From Bacteroidales bacterium UBA3754 (GTDB taxonomy: Bacteria; Bacteroidota; Bacteroidia; Bacteroidales; UBA1715): DNA of 64,000 bases. Made by a program: the position numbers and the translations under genes. The notes under the pieces were generated by a model. The model did no database searches and was not told where the DNA came from. It saw only the letters and a program-made list of their open reading frames with translations. The stretch spans positions 17,181 through 81,180 of the forward strand of contig DFGI01000019.1 of the NCBI GenBank assembly GCA_002371705.1, written 5' to 3'. This document shows, in pieces, positions 1-9,912 of the stretch. Numbering within the stretch: the first letter of the stretch is position 1; each line of letters begins with the position of its first letter.

Positions 1-411
1 CCGGCCCATGTCGTCGTATGTAAAATCAGAGCCCATGAAATAGTCGGTTTTTGACGAAGAACCACTGATACGGCGAGTTTTTTTCATTGCCGGCAAATAC
101 AACCATTTGTCATCTTCCTTATCGGTTCTGTCGTAGTCCCACGTTAGAAATCCCGTACCTTTCACGTCGCCGGGATAGAGGAAAAACATGATTGTTTTTC
201 GGTCTTTTCCATAATCTTTTGAATAGGATTTTAATTCACGGACACGCTGACTTCCGTTTTTGTTGACGAGTGTAAGACTTATCTCGCAGTAACGAGTGTC
301 TCCATCTGGACGGTCGTGTACCTTTGCGGCGATTTGGTCGCCTGTGAGTGTTTGCGCCATCATTGCTACGGTCGCAAACATACTAACAAATGTCATTACT
401 ATTTTTTTCAT
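1..411 (-). CDS. LolA-like outer-membrane lipoprotein-sorting protein, N-terminal 137 codons (gene runs off window start)
   Basis: Absent from the ORF track because it is truncated by the window edge. Reverse translation from the ATG at 409-411 gives [41 protein letters not shown]...[15 protein letters not shown]...[13 protein letters not shown]. It has a signal peptide and the pattern I associate with the LolA-like partners of MMPL exporters. It starts 19 nt after the MMPL stop. Confidence 0.7.
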   Translation of the reverse strand, partial: MKKIVMTFVSMFATVAMMAQTLTGDQIAAKVHDRPDGDTRYCEISLTLVNKNGSQRVRELKSYSKDYGKDRKTIMFFLYPGDVKGTGFLTWDYDRTDKEDDKWLYLPAMKKTRRISGSSSKTDYFMGSDFTYDDMGR

Positions 412-430
412 CGTATTAAAAGTTTATTTG

Positions 431-2812
431 TTATTCATTACTTTTCGAAATCTCTTCATCTGATATTGATTCTTTCCCAAAAACTTTGAATTTTCGCATT
501 ACGATAGGCGAAATGAACAAGTCGGCGAACAACGCAGCCATAAGTCCGGCAGCGGCAAGAATGCCAAGGTCACGGAAATTGTTGGCGGTTGAAGTCAGGA
601 AGCCAAGGAATGTGGCGGTTATAATCACTGTTGACATTACCACCGCAACACCAATCACGCGGAACGTACGCAGAATGGCATACCTATAATTTGCCTTTCG
701 GTCGAACTCAAGGTGCGCATGATTGACAACGTGGATAGTGTCGTCAACAGCCAGACCAAGCACCATTGGAATTACAATGGCAGTAACCATATCGAGCGAG
801 TAATTGAACCAACCCATCACGCCGCCCACAAAGATTATCGGAGCAAGGTTCGGAATCATTCCCACAAGCCCCAGTTTCACGTTGCCGAAGGCCAGCATAA
901 GCAGCAGACCCACAATCAGAACCGAAATGAGCAGCGACCACATTTGTCCGCGTACCAAGTATTGTTGCATTACGGTGAATTGCGGCAGATTGCCCACAGT
1001 TGAAATCACAGCGTCGGGGAATAGTTGCGCGGCGTAGGCCTCAAGGTCGTCCATATTCGCCTCAACTTCTGCCGAGTTATATTTGGTGATTTCTACCTGA
1101 AGACGCAACTTGCTGTAGTCGTAATCAATCCAATAGTTTGTCTCGGAACCGCCAGCATTCTCGTAAAGCAGAAGCAACTGCGCCACCATGTCGCTTTCGT
1201 CGGGAATGCGATAAAACGCCTGATTGTTCTCGTTCAATGTACGGTTCATATCTTTCAAAATAGGCAGAATTGAATAGTGCCGCTTTGTAAGTTCATACGT
1301 TTCAGTTCGTTGCTCAAGTAGTTCAAGTTTGCGTAGCACCTCGGGCTTTTTGGCATCGTCGGCATTAGGTAGTGAAATAAGCATATCATACGAGTACATA
1401 GAACCAATCTCCGACTCGCTCACTTTCAAAAGTCTGTCAACGTATGGTACTTGGCGTCCCATTGTCTTTTCAACATCGAAAGCTGGCTGAATGCGATAAA
1501 CTGCCGATGCACAGATTACTGCCAACACACACGACACAATCATTATTGGCTTGCTGTGCCCTAAAACCCATTCGCCCAAACGTTGGAACCATGCGTCGGC
1601 ACGACCCTCAATGGTATTCACAAATGACTTGCGTAAACGTATGCTCTTTTTGCCAAACGAATAGATTATCGGCGTGAAAATCAAGCAAGTGAGCACCACC
1701 GAAATAATACACAACGATGAATTGATACCAATGGCTTTCATTGGCACAATCTTCATAGCGACAAACGAAAGCATTGCGGCAATGGTGGTAATGCCCGAGA
1801 ACAGCACAGGCCAGCCAGTTTCGGTCACCGCCTCGGTAATGGCACGCATACGGTCGCCGTGTTGGAACAACTGCGTGCGGAAGTAGTTATAAATGTGAAT
1901 ATTATAAGCGATTGATATGGCAAAGCACAGCACCACAACCGACAATGTGGCTGCCGAATCAATGTAGAGCCCCATCCAACCAATCCAGCCGAACGCCATC
2001 AGAATACTCATAATGGTGGTGGCTATTGGCATCAGAATGCCACGTAGCGAACGGGTGACAATGGTCATAATTAATATGCCGATAATCATCACCACAACCA
2101 GCATTATTGCCATCTGCCCGTGCATATATTCGTTCTTTTCGTAAGACATAAACGGCATTCCCGACGCAGACGGATGCAAGCTTGCGTATTTTTCCTGTGC
2201 GCAAATTTCCTTCGCCTCGCGACCTGTCATCAAATCGGGCGATTCACTCGTTTCGGCCTTCCAAACGGAATCTTCCGGGAATGGTCTTAGTTTGACCATA
2301 ATCCACGACATTGTGCCGTCTTTCGAAATGAGTCGTTCGGCAAGTTCGGGCTTTGAGTAGGCAGCTTTCTTAATGGCAGCCAGACTTTCGGCATCGTCGG
2401 GAATCTCGTCGGGAACAATCTGTCCCAACTCCATTCCGTCTTCCGTGCCTATCATAAATTCAAGGTCGGTTAACGATGTTATGCTTTCGGAATACGACAA
2501 GCTGTCCATCAAATTGTTGCTCAACTCGCGAATAAGTTCCAAATTCTGTTTGGTGAACAAACCTTCATCGTTTTGAACCAACACAGCCACATAATAGTCG
2601 TTGCCGAAAATGGCCTTGAACTCGTCGGTTTTCTCGAGCATAGGGTCGCCTTCGACAAAATAACTGTCCCACGAAGTCTCAAAATAGATTTTTTTCAGTC
2701 CCATTGCCGACAACACAAAGATTGCGACAAACGCCAGCACCGTCAGCAGGCGGTGTTTCAGGTTCCACTCTGTTAGCGAGCGAAATTTTGAATTGATTTT
2801 TTCGATGTTCAT
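431..2812 (-). CDS. MMPL/RND-superfamily exporter
   Basis: About 793 aa with two blocks of multiple TM helices separated by large soluble loops, the layout of COG1033-type predicted exporters. I prefer the ATG at 2812 (MNIEKINSKF...), which leaves 4 nt after the upstream ABC stop. The track's longer start overlaps that gene. Confidence 0.85.
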   Translation of the reverse strand: MNIEKINSKFRSLTEWNLKHRLLTVLAFVAIFVLSAMGLKKIYFETSWDSYFVEGDPMLEKTDEFKAIFGNDYYVAVLVQNDEGLFTKQNLELIRELSNNLMDSLSYSESITSLTDLEFMIGTEDGMELGQIVPDEIPDDAESLAAIKKAAYSKPELAERLISKDGTMSWIMVKLRPFPEDSVWKAETSESPDLMTGREAKEICAQEKYASLHPSASGMPFMSYEKNEYMHGQMAIMLVVVMIIGILIMTIVTRSLRGILMPIATTIMSILMAFGWIGWMGLYIDSAATLSVVVLCFAISIAYNIHIYNYFRTQLFQHGDRMRAITEAVTETGWPVLFSGITTIAAMLSFVAMKIVPMKAIGINSSLCIISVVLTCLIFTPIIYSFGKKSIRLRKSFVNTIEGRADAWFQRLGEWVLGHSKPIMIVSCVLAVICASAVYRIQPAFDVEKTMGRQVPYVDRLLKVSESEIGSMYSYDMLISLPNADDAKKPEVLRKLELLEQRTETYELTKRHYSILPILKDMNRTLNENNQAFYRIPDESDMVAQLLLLYENAGGSETNYWIDYDYSKLRLQVEITKYNSAEVEANMDDLEAYAAQLFPDAVISTVGNLPQFTVMQQYLVRGQMWSLLISVLIVGLLLMLAFGNVKLGLVGMIPNLAPIIFVGGVMGWFNYSLDMVTAIVIPMVLGLAVDDTIHVVNHAHLEFDRKANYRYAILRTFRVIGVAVVMSTVIITATFLGFLTSTANNFRDLGILAAAGLMAALFADLFISPIVMRKFKVFGKESISDEEISKSNE

Positions 2813-2816
2813 AATT

Positions 2817-4481
2817 TTATATATTTTTAGATTCAACAAATGCTTTTCCGTCTTTTATAGTAATAATTTTGTCGGCACCAGCCACAGTACGAAGTCGGTG
2901 TGCAATTACGATGACAGTTTTACCTTTTATCAGTTTTGAAATAGATCGTTGGATAAGTGTTTCATTTTCAACATCAAGCGAAGCTGAAGCCTCATCCAAA
3001 AGAATTATCGGTGCGTTTTTAAGGAATGCACGAGCGATTGAAATACGCTGACGTTCGCCACCGGACAATTTCTTTCCATTTTCGCCAATGATTGTTTGCC
3101 ACGTATCAGGCAGATTTTCAATGAATTCCGTACAATTGGCAAGTTTTGCCGCCTGCATTACCTGTTCGTCGGTGGCATTTTTGTCGCCAATACGGATGTT
3201 TTCCATAATTGTATTATTAAACAACGTAACATCTTGGAAAACAATCGAATAAAGATTCATCAACGATTCAGGTTCTATTTTTGAAATATCCTGACCGCCC
3301 ACGGTGATTTTTCCAGAATCAACATCCCAAAATCTTGCCGCAAGCCGAGAAACGGTTGTTTTCCCACTTCCCGAAGGACCAATCAATGCAGTAACTTCGC
3401 CTTGTTTTGCCGTAAACGAAACTCCGTCAAGAATTTGCTTGCCATCCTGATACGAAAACTTTACATCTTGGAATTCAATGTCGCCACCGTTCACTGCAAG
3501 TTCTTCGGAACCAGTAAATTCCTTGTGCTCAAGGATTTCGTTCAAGCGTTCGCTGTTAACATCAAGAGCAATGATAGCGGCAAAATGTTCCAACGAAGTC
3601 AAAAGCGGGTCGTAAAGCCGCGACACAATCACTAAGAAAAAGAAAAACACGAGAACACTTATTTCGCTCGATTGCAACAACATAGCACCAGCAAGAGCTG
3701 TTGTCGCTATACCGAATTTCAATATCATTTCGGCATTACAAACAAATAATCCTGTTCCGAGTTCGCATAATAACATACGTTTTTCAACCTCGTGAATTTT
3801 TGCTTTCATCACTTGAAAATAACTTTCTTGTGCGTTGTTTTGCCGTAAATCACGAACCGTTTCAAGACATTCTTGAATTTTCTCAGTCATTTCCACTGAA
3901 GCACGACTTTTTTTCTTGCCAAGATGATATTGCACCTTACTCGAAAATGCAACAATCAAAAGACACAATGGCAACGGCCAAACTGCCGCCAATGCAAGTT
4001 TCCAATTAATGAAAAACAGAAACACCGCAAGAATACACGTACTTACAATAGAACCAATGAATTGCGGAATGAAATGCGACGATGCCTGTTCTATGCTTGC
4101 CGCATCGTCCATCAAAGCTGAAGTAAGGTCGGCGCTGTCTTTTTTTGCAAAGAATGAAAGTGGCAATTTCCGTAATTTTTCAGCTAATGCTATTCGTCGC
4201 ACGCCACTCTCTTTATATGTTGAAAAATAACAAGTGTTGTATTGCACAATTGTTGCTATTATCATCAGTACCAGCCATATACAAATGCCTAAAATATAGA
4301 ATGTCGCATTGCCCGCAAGGGTGTCATTCAAAATATCCTGAATCAGAAAATAAAGCAACACAACAGGAGAAAACAACATTACATTATAGAAAACATTGGC
4401 AATTGACGCAATTACCATCGCACGCGCGCCCTCGTTGGACAGGGCATATTTTTGTTTTAGATTTATCATTTTAATCAACAT
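2817..4481 (-). CDS. ABC exporter half-transporter (fused permease and ATPase)
   Basis: N-terminal 6-TM domain. C-terminal Walker A GPSGSGKTT, signature LSGGERQR and Walker B ILLDEASASLD. Confidence 0.9.
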   Translation of the reverse strand: MLIKMINLKQKYALSNEGARAMVIASIANVFYNVMLFSPVVLLYFLIQDILNDTLAGNATFYILGICIWLVLMIIATIVQYNTCYFSTYKESGVRRIALAEKLRKLPLSFFAKKDSADLTSALMDDAASIEQASSHFIPQFIGSIVSTCILAVFLFFINWKLALAAVWPLPLCLLIVAFSSKVQYHLGKKKSRASVEMTEKIQECLETVRDLRQNNAQESYFQVMKAKIHEVEKRMLLCELGTGLFVCNAEMILKFGIATTALAGAMLLQSSEISVLVFFFFLVIVSRLYDPLLTSLEHFAAIIALDVNSERLNEILEHKEFTGSEELAVNGGDIEFQDVKFSYQDGKQILDGVSFTAKQGEVTALIGPSGSGKTTVSRLAARFWDVDSGKITVGGQDISKIEPESLMNLYSIVFQDVTLFNNTIMENIRIGDKNATDEQVMQAAKLANCTEFIENLPDTWQTIIGENGKKLSGGERQRISIARAFLKNAPIILLDEASASLDVENETLIQRSISKLIKGKTVIVIAHRLRTVAGADKIITIKDGKAFVESKNI

Positions 4482-4510
4482 TTAATTTGAAACACTTCAT
4501 TCTTAACTTT

Positions 4511-6280
4511 TTAATTGTCAATCGTCCATTTTACCGATTGTTGATACTCGTTCCACATTTTGGAATACGTTCCGTTCATTTTTACGAGTTCCTGATGTTT
4601 GCCTTTTTCGATGATTTTTCCCTCTTTCAACACAAAAATTTCGTCAGCGTCAACCACGGTAGAAAGGCGATGCGCAATTTTTATGACCGTTTTACCCTTA
4701 GATATTTCGTCGAAAGCACGGAGAACTTTTTCTTCGTTTTCGGGGTCGGCAAAGGCAGTCGCTTCATCAAGGACTAAAATCGGCGTGTTTCGGAGCATCA
4801 CCCGCGCAATCGCAATACGCTGTTGTTCGCCACTACTCAGGTATGTACCCTTGCTACCAATAATTGTATTGGCACCATCAGGCAATTTCTCTATGATGTC
4901 GCCACATTGGGCACGTTCCAATGCTTCAAGAACTTCGTCGTCGGTTGCATCGGGTTTCGCCATACGGACATTCTCCAAAATACTCGTTTTCAACAGTTTA
5001 CTATCTTGAAACACAAACGAAACGATTTCGGAGAGTTTTTCCTGTGAAATATCTTTCACATCAACACCACCAATCAAAATCTTACCTTCGGTAGCGTCCC
5101 AAAACCGTGAAACGAGACTTGCCGAGGTTGTTTTTCCTCCACCCGAAGGTCCGACCAACGCCACGTGCGCCCCCGACGGAATTTTCAACGAAATGTCATC
5201 AACGGCATTTTTCACAGCACCATCATAACGAAACGTAACATTTTGAAATTCAACAGAATATTCGTTTGGTATTTGAGGTTTTTCAGTTTCATTCTGTTCT
5301 TGTACATTCAGCACCGAATCAATTCTTTCCAATGCTGTTCCAACAACCATATCGGCTTCCGACGAATACATCAGCTTATTAAGAGTGACCGAAATAATTG
5401 GAGTGAAAATAATGTAGAACATCAGATTTGTGAAGAACTCTGGATTCGCCACTGATGACGAATGATACAAAGCAACCGCAATCAGCGATGCGAACGCCGA
5501 ATTTATCACAACAGCGTAAGCAGTCATAGGCAGACGGAAACGCTTGGTATAACTAATGGTGAAGTGTTCATATTCGTCAATTGCCTGTTTGAGTTTCTTA
5601 AAAGAAAAAACTGATTGACCGAACGTTTTCACCACAGGAATTCCACGAACATATTCAACCGCTTCCTTCGTCATATTTTCAAGAGCGGCATTGTAGGCCT
5701 CCATGTCCCTTTTCAGCGTAGGACCAACCATAAAGATGTACATGATAAGAAAACCAAGCAAAACGGTCGCTATACAAAGCAGTCCTATTTTCCAATCAAA
5801 ATACAAAAGCAACGCTATCATGGCGACAGGCGTTGCCATAGCAACCGAACGGTCGGGAACAATATGAGCCATAAAATTTTCTATCGAGGCAGACGAGTCG
5901 GTGATGATTTTGCGGATTTTACCGCTTCCTTCACTTTCTATATGCCCCAGCGGCATTCGCAACACTTTTGCGACACATTTTTCGCGAATGTTGGCAACCG
6001 TACGGAATGCGCCAACGTGTGAACAAGCCAACGAACAGAAATAGACGCACATTGCGTTCACGGCAAATTTTACCGCCGTAAAGCCATAGTCTTCGAGATT
6101 CTCCGCACTCGAAAAATCAGGCATTACAGTCAGCACTTCATTCACAATTTTCCAGATATAGACAAACGGAACAAGAGCCAGACAGGCACTCAAAACTGCA
6201 AAAGCAATAGAGCCAGCGGTAAAAAACTTGAATCGCCCCGCATACCCCATCAATGTTAATAAATTAGGTTTCTTTTTCAT
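4511..6280 (-). CDS. ABC exporter half-transporter (fused permease and ATPase), probable heterodimer partner
   Basis: TM domain followed by Walker A GPSGGGKTT, a degenerate signature LSSGEQQR and Walker B LVLDEATAFAD. It is directly adjacent to the second half-transporter. Confidence 0.9.
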   Translation of the reverse strand: MKKKPNLLTLMGYAGRFKFFTAGSIAFAVLSACLALVPFVYIWKIVNEVLTVMPDFSSAENLEDYGFTAVKFAVNAMCVYFCSLACSHVGAFRTVANIREKCVAKVLRMPLGHIESEGSGKIRKIITDSSASIENFMAHIVPDRSVAMATPVAMIALLLYFDWKIGLLCIATVLLGFLIMYIFMVGPTLKRDMEAYNAALENMTKEAVEYVRGIPVVKTFGQSVFSFKKLKQAIDEYEHFTISYTKRFRLPMTAYAVVINSAFASLIAVALYHSSSVANPEFFTNLMFYIIFTPIISVTLNKLMYSSEADMVVGTALERIDSVLNVQEQNETEKPQIPNEYSVEFQNVTFRYDGAVKNAVDDISLKIPSGAHVALVGPSGGGKTTSASLVSRFWDATEGKILIGGVDVKDISQEKLSEIVSFVFQDSKLLKTSILENVRMAKPDATDDEVLEALERAQCGDIIEKLPDGANTIIGSKGTYLSSGEQQRIAIARVMLRNTPILVLDEATAFADPENEEKVLRAFDEISKGKTVIKIAHRLSTVVDADEIFVLKEGKIIEKGKHQELVKMNGTYSKMWNEYQQSVKWTIDN

Positions 6281-6343
6281 TTTTTATTGATTTATACTAT
6301 TAATTAATTTCGACGCCAAAAACGAACAAGATTCAATTTTGTT

Positions 6344-6378
6344 CAAAAAAAGAGGGAACTCATTTCTAAGTTCCCTCC
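6344..6378 (-). terminator. Intrinsic terminator after the TetR gene
   Basis: On the minus strand: stem GAGGGAAC, 10-nt loop, stem GTTCCCTC, then TTTTTTT. Confidence 0.6.
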
Positions 6379-6410
6379 AACTACAACTATAAGAATTATG
6401 GAATTTCAGC

Positions 6411-7037
6411 TTATTCATATTGCATAGTATTGTAAATCAGCTGTTTCCAGCCATTATTGTGATAATTGACATATTCCAAAAAGATTTGTTCCGCATCGTC
6501 TGCTTCAATCTTGTGCATAATTATTTCTTCGAGCAAGGTAAACATCTGCACCGCATTTATATGAATAAAGAACGGAGAAAAATCCCATTTCAATGTTGGA
6601 TATTTCTGTTTCATTGCTTCCATATATTTCAACATCAATTCAGTGGCTTCATCGGTGAATGTTTCTTTGAATTTAGCCAACGACGAACCTGCAGACTTAA
6701 ACAACAACAGAGTTAATAAATCTCTGTGTTTCAGCATTATCGAGCTGTATTCATTTGCGGTTTTTTCCGTCATTTCGGGCATCCATTGTTGTGTGGCATC
6801 AATGTTTTGCGGATTATGGTAGGTTTCGAGCAACCGTTTGAATTCGCTGACAACAGGAAATACAATAGAACAAAAAAGTTCGTCCTTGCTTGCATAGTAA
6901 TTGTAGATATTGCTCAAACCCACATCGGATTTTTCAGCAATCTCGCGCATCGAAGTTTTGGCAAAACCATTTTTGAGAAAAATTTTCTTTGCCTCTTTCT
7001 CAATACATTTCCCTATGTTGTCTTTTTTTATTTGCAT
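6411..7037 (-). CDS. TetR/AcrR-family transcriptional regulator
   Basis: N-terminal HTH FLKNGFAKTSMREIAEKSDVGLSNIYNYYASKDELF is typical of TetR_N. The ATG at 7037 (MQIKKDN...) is preferred over the track's longer start. Confidence 0.85.
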   Translation of the reverse strand: MQIKKDNIGKCIEKEAKKIFLKNGFAKTSMREIAEKSDVGLSNIYNYYASKDELFCSIVFPVVSEFKRLLETYHNPQNIDATQQWMPEMTEKTANEYSSIMLKHRDLLTLLLFKSAGSSLAKFKETFTDEATELMLKYMEAMKQKYPTLKWDFSPFFIHINAVQMFTLLEEIIMHKIEADDAEQIFLEYVNYHNNGWKQLIYNTMQYE

Positions 7038-7245
7038 ACGTGCTGAACAATGTCCGTTTTTGAACACTGCAAAAATGGGAGTTTGCAAAAGAGTGTACAA
7101 TCCCTATTTTTAGGGATTTCGTCAAAAAACTTCCAACGACAACATGAAATTTATATGAAATAATCCGCTTCCTCAAACTGCGGCTCGATGATGAGTCTAT
7201 ACTTTACACACATCTTCCCTTGATAATATTAACAATCGTGTCTTC

Positions 7246-8373
7246 TTATTTCTCCAAAATCTTCTTCACAAACGGAATCAATTCCTTGCTCATTGCTTCC
7301 TGTTGTGCCGAACTTGGGTGCCAGTCGGCTCCCTCGCCAGCCACTGGCGTGAAATCGAAGCGGTACACCAATTGTTTTTTAGTGGTGGTGTAATCTTTTT
7401 GTATCTTGTCCAAAATCGGTTTCACGGCAGCCAACGCCTCTGGTCCCATCATACTGCCCGTAAGAAGCACAATGGTGGTTTTCGGGTAATGAGAGGTGAC
7501 AGAATTCATCAACTTTCGGAAATTCCGCTCGTATCTCTCCGCATTGAACGACGACATTTCCCACGTGTCGTTTGTTCCCAGGTTGATGAACAACACATCA
7601 GGAGTGAATTTTGAAAAATCCCACTGATGCGGGCTGTCGAGCCAGAGTTTTTCATAGTTGTCGGGCATACAGCCGTAATATAAAGCGGAATCTTTTTCTC
7701 CATAGTTACGGTAAATGCCAATGCCAGAGCGGGCAACTACCATGCATTCTGCATCAAATGCCTGTGCAGTGCGGTACGCATATCCATGACAGAAATTCGA
7801 CGTGGAGTCGTTGAACGGCGAGCGGTCGGTAACTTCGGTGCCGTAACCGCACGTGATGGAATTTCCTATGAATTCAAATTTGAGTTTCTTGTCGGCTGGA
7901 CGAGATAAATCGGGGAACGGGTCTTCGGCGCACCAAGAAAATCCGTAAAATTCAGGATTATGATAAATACCTTCCGACACCAACGTAATTTTTATAGTAC
8001 ATTTTTTATTAGAGGGAATGGGAATACGATAAAACGATGTATCTTTTGTACATATCTTAAATGGCTCATTACCATCAACTTCAATCCAATAATACGCTGT
8101 CACACGATTAAACTCAGCGTCCAACCAGTTCCACCCCTTTTCCCCCTTGACAGTGACAGAAATGGATGTTCCCGGGTAAAACAGATGTGCGGCAGTTGAA
8201 TCTATAAGTACACGACCGTCGTAACGGATATTTTTGTCGGTATGGGGAATCTTTCCACTACTGATAACACAACAGTCGATTTGTTGTCGGTCGCATTGCG
8301 AATTTTGTGCATTACAAACAAACGAATTAATCATATAAGCAAGAAAAATAAGAATTGTGAACTTTGTTTTCAT
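7246..8373 (-). CDS. SGNH/GDSL hydrolase, CE2-like carbohydrate esterase (beta-sandwich plus esterase domain), secreted
   Basis: Signal peptide MKTKFTILIFLAYMINSFVCNAQ. GDSL block FIGNSITCGYG, the GTND block and C-terminal DWHPS. ATG at 8373, 16 nt downstream of a TATCTTTG box. Paralog of 32228-33589. Confidence 0.75.
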   Translation of the reverse strand: MKTKFTILIFLAYMINSFVCNAQNSQCDRQQIDCCVISSGKIPHTDKNIRYDGRVLIDSTAAHLFYPGTSISVTVKGEKGWNWLDAEFNRVTAYYWIEVDGNEPFKICTKDTSFYRIPIPSNKKCTIKITLVSEGIYHNPEFYGFSWCAEDPFPDLSRPADKKLKFEFIGNSITCGYGTEVTDRSPFNDSTSNFCHGYAYRTAQAFDAECMVVARSGIGIYRNYGEKDSALYYGCMPDNYEKLWLDSPHQWDFSKFTPDVLFINLGTNDTWEMSSFNAERYERNFRKLMNSVTSHYPKTTIVLLTGSMMGPEALAAVKPILDKIQKDYTTTKKQLVYRFDFTPVAGEGADWHPSSAQQEAMSKELIPFVKKILEK

Positions 8374-8389
8374 TGTGAAAAAGTTTTTC

Positions 8390-8397
8390 CAAAGATA
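8390..8397 (-). promoter_or_regulatory. Bacteroidota -7 box TATCTTTG (TAnnTTTG) for the CE2-like gene
   Basis: Reverse complement of caaagata, 16 nt upstream of the ATG at 8373. It lies inside a 17-mer shared with the metY promoter (47759-47775). Confidence 0.55.
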
Positions 8398-8410
8398 GAA
8401 AGATTTTGTA

Positions 8411-8450
8411 AAACAAAAAACGGTCGCCACGACATGCGCAACGACCGTTT
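8411..8450 (-). terminator. Intrinsic terminator after the BI-1-family gene
   Basis: On the minus strand: stem AACGGTCG, 15-nt loop, stem CGACCGTT, then TTTTTGTTTT. Confidence 0.65.
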
Positions 8451-8468
8451 AAATAATTCAATCTGAAA

Positions 8469-9230
8469 TTAATCTCTATTTAATTTCGACAGCAATCTTA
8501 ACATTTCAAGGTATAGCCATACCAACGTCATCATCAAACCAAATGCGCAATACCATTCCATATACAACGGAGCACCTTGTTCAGCGCAGGTTTCCACATT
8601 TTTGAAATCAAGGATGAAATTCAATGCGGCAACAACCACAATTATCAAGCTGATTGCAATGCCAACTGGTCCTGAACTATGCAAGAAACCAACCGACGAA
8701 CCGAAAAATCCCATTACAATGTCAATGAGATACACAATTGCGATTGCTCCCATAGCGGCAATCAATCCCATTGTGAATTTTTTCGTCGCTTGAATAATGC
8801 GTTGTTTGTATAGATACAACATTATGAAAAATACTCCTATCGTCAACATAATTGCGTTGAACACAATGCCGTGACCTTCGCCTGTTGCAGGGTCAACCAT
8901 GCTCATTTCGTAGAAGGCCGACACGCCGCCCAACACTAATCCTTCGCAGATTGCATATACAATTGAAGTGAATTTAGCTTTCTCTGGTTTGAAAATTGTG
9001 ATAAACGAAAAGATGGTCCCCACTATCAAGCCACCCATCATCAACGGAGTTACCAACGCATTGCCGGCGTATGCCATTTTCCATGTTGCCAATGCGGCGA
9101 CTAAAATTGTTGCTAACAACGTAAGTGCTTTATTTGCAGTGCCTTTTATTGTCATTGTGTCGCCATACGTGAACGACAGATTGTTGAACACACTGTCCGA
9201 AAAGGATGGATTGGAAGTTTTCTCTAACAT
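8469..9230 (-). CDS. Bax-inhibitor-1/YccA-family membrane protein
   Basis: 253 aa with about 7 TM helices. The length and hydrophobic pattern resemble BI-1/YccA-like proteins. Confidence 0.75.
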   Translation of the reverse strand: MLEKTSNPSFSDSVFNNLSFTYGDTMTIKGTANKALTLLATILVAALATWKMAYAGNALVTPLMMGGLIVGTIFSFITIFKPEKAKFTSIVYAICEGLVLGGVSAFYEMSMVDPATGEGHGIVFNAIMLTIGVFFIMLYLYKQRIIQATKKFTMGLIAAMGAIAIVYLIDIVMGFFGSSVGFLHSSGPVGIAISLIIVVVAALNFILDFKNVETCAEQGAPLYMEWYCAFGLMMTLVWLYLEMLRLLSKLNRD

Positions 9231-9245
9231 AATTCTAAAGTTTAA

Positions 9246-9908
9246 TTAACAATATTCTAAAATTTGACACATTTCTTTTGTCTGTAACTCAAAATCTGTG
9301 CCTTTATTTTGTTCGCAAATATATTTTGTTTTTTCGACAATCAAAGGTTTTAAATCCTGACGACGAAAAGCAAGCTCCTGAAATGCTTTTTGAACAGATT
9401 GATACACAAAGAAATCGGTGGAAATTACATCGCGTTCGTATGATGGAAAAATTTCCTGTAAATCGGTTTCTGTGCCAAACGATTGTTTCATTGCAAGGCG
9501 GGCTATTGTGAGATAACCTGCCATTTTTACATATCGTCGGCTGTCAGAAAGCCATTTTTTTGCGTTCGGCAGCGCGTTTGGCAATAGTGAAAATATATGT
9601 ATCACAGCAATTTCCACCATCTCGTTGTTCACGCAATTTGAAACATACGTTTGAATAGTTTCATCGCTAATTATTTGATAATCAGTAAACATAAATGTCA
9701 TGAGCTTGGCTTCGCGGAAATTTTCCTTCCATAATGCGTCTGCCAATTCCTGATTGCGCCCAACCGATTTCGCATAGTTCGACAACAACAGCGACGAAAC
9801 TCCGTAGTTCATATTGTATTCCATGCCGGAATTACGGATTTTCTCGGCGATTTCACCGTCTTGGTGGTGCCGTATAAAATTCAATGCTGACGCTAACGGT
9901 GATGCCAT
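9246..9908 (-). CDS. DNA alkylation repair protein (AlkD-like HEAT-repeat family)
   Basis: 220 aa, all-helical. The N-terminus ...FIRHHQDGEIAEKIRNSGMEYNMNYGVS...LADALWKENFREAKLM resembles the 'DNA alkylation repair enzyme' family. Confidence 0.65.
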   Translation of the reverse strand: MASPLASALNFIRHHQDGEIAEKIRNSGMEYNMNYGVSSLLLSNYAKSVGRNQELADALWKENFREAKLMTFMFTDYQIISDETIQTYVSNCVNNEMVEIAVIHIFSLLPNALPNAKKWLSDSRRYVKMAGYLTIARLAMKQSFGTETDLQEIFPSYERDVISTDFFVYQSVQKAFQELAFRRQDLKPLIVEKTKYICEQNKGTDFELQTKEMCQILEYC

Positions 9909-9912
9909 ATTG

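Noticed and set aside
6324-6344. The inverted repeat GAACAA-N9-TTGTTC as a TetR operator.
   Set aside because: Its arms are only 6 bp and it abuts the T-run side of the tetR terminator. Palindromes of this size are expected by chance several times in the window. I mention it only as a weak candidate within the export-cluster finding.
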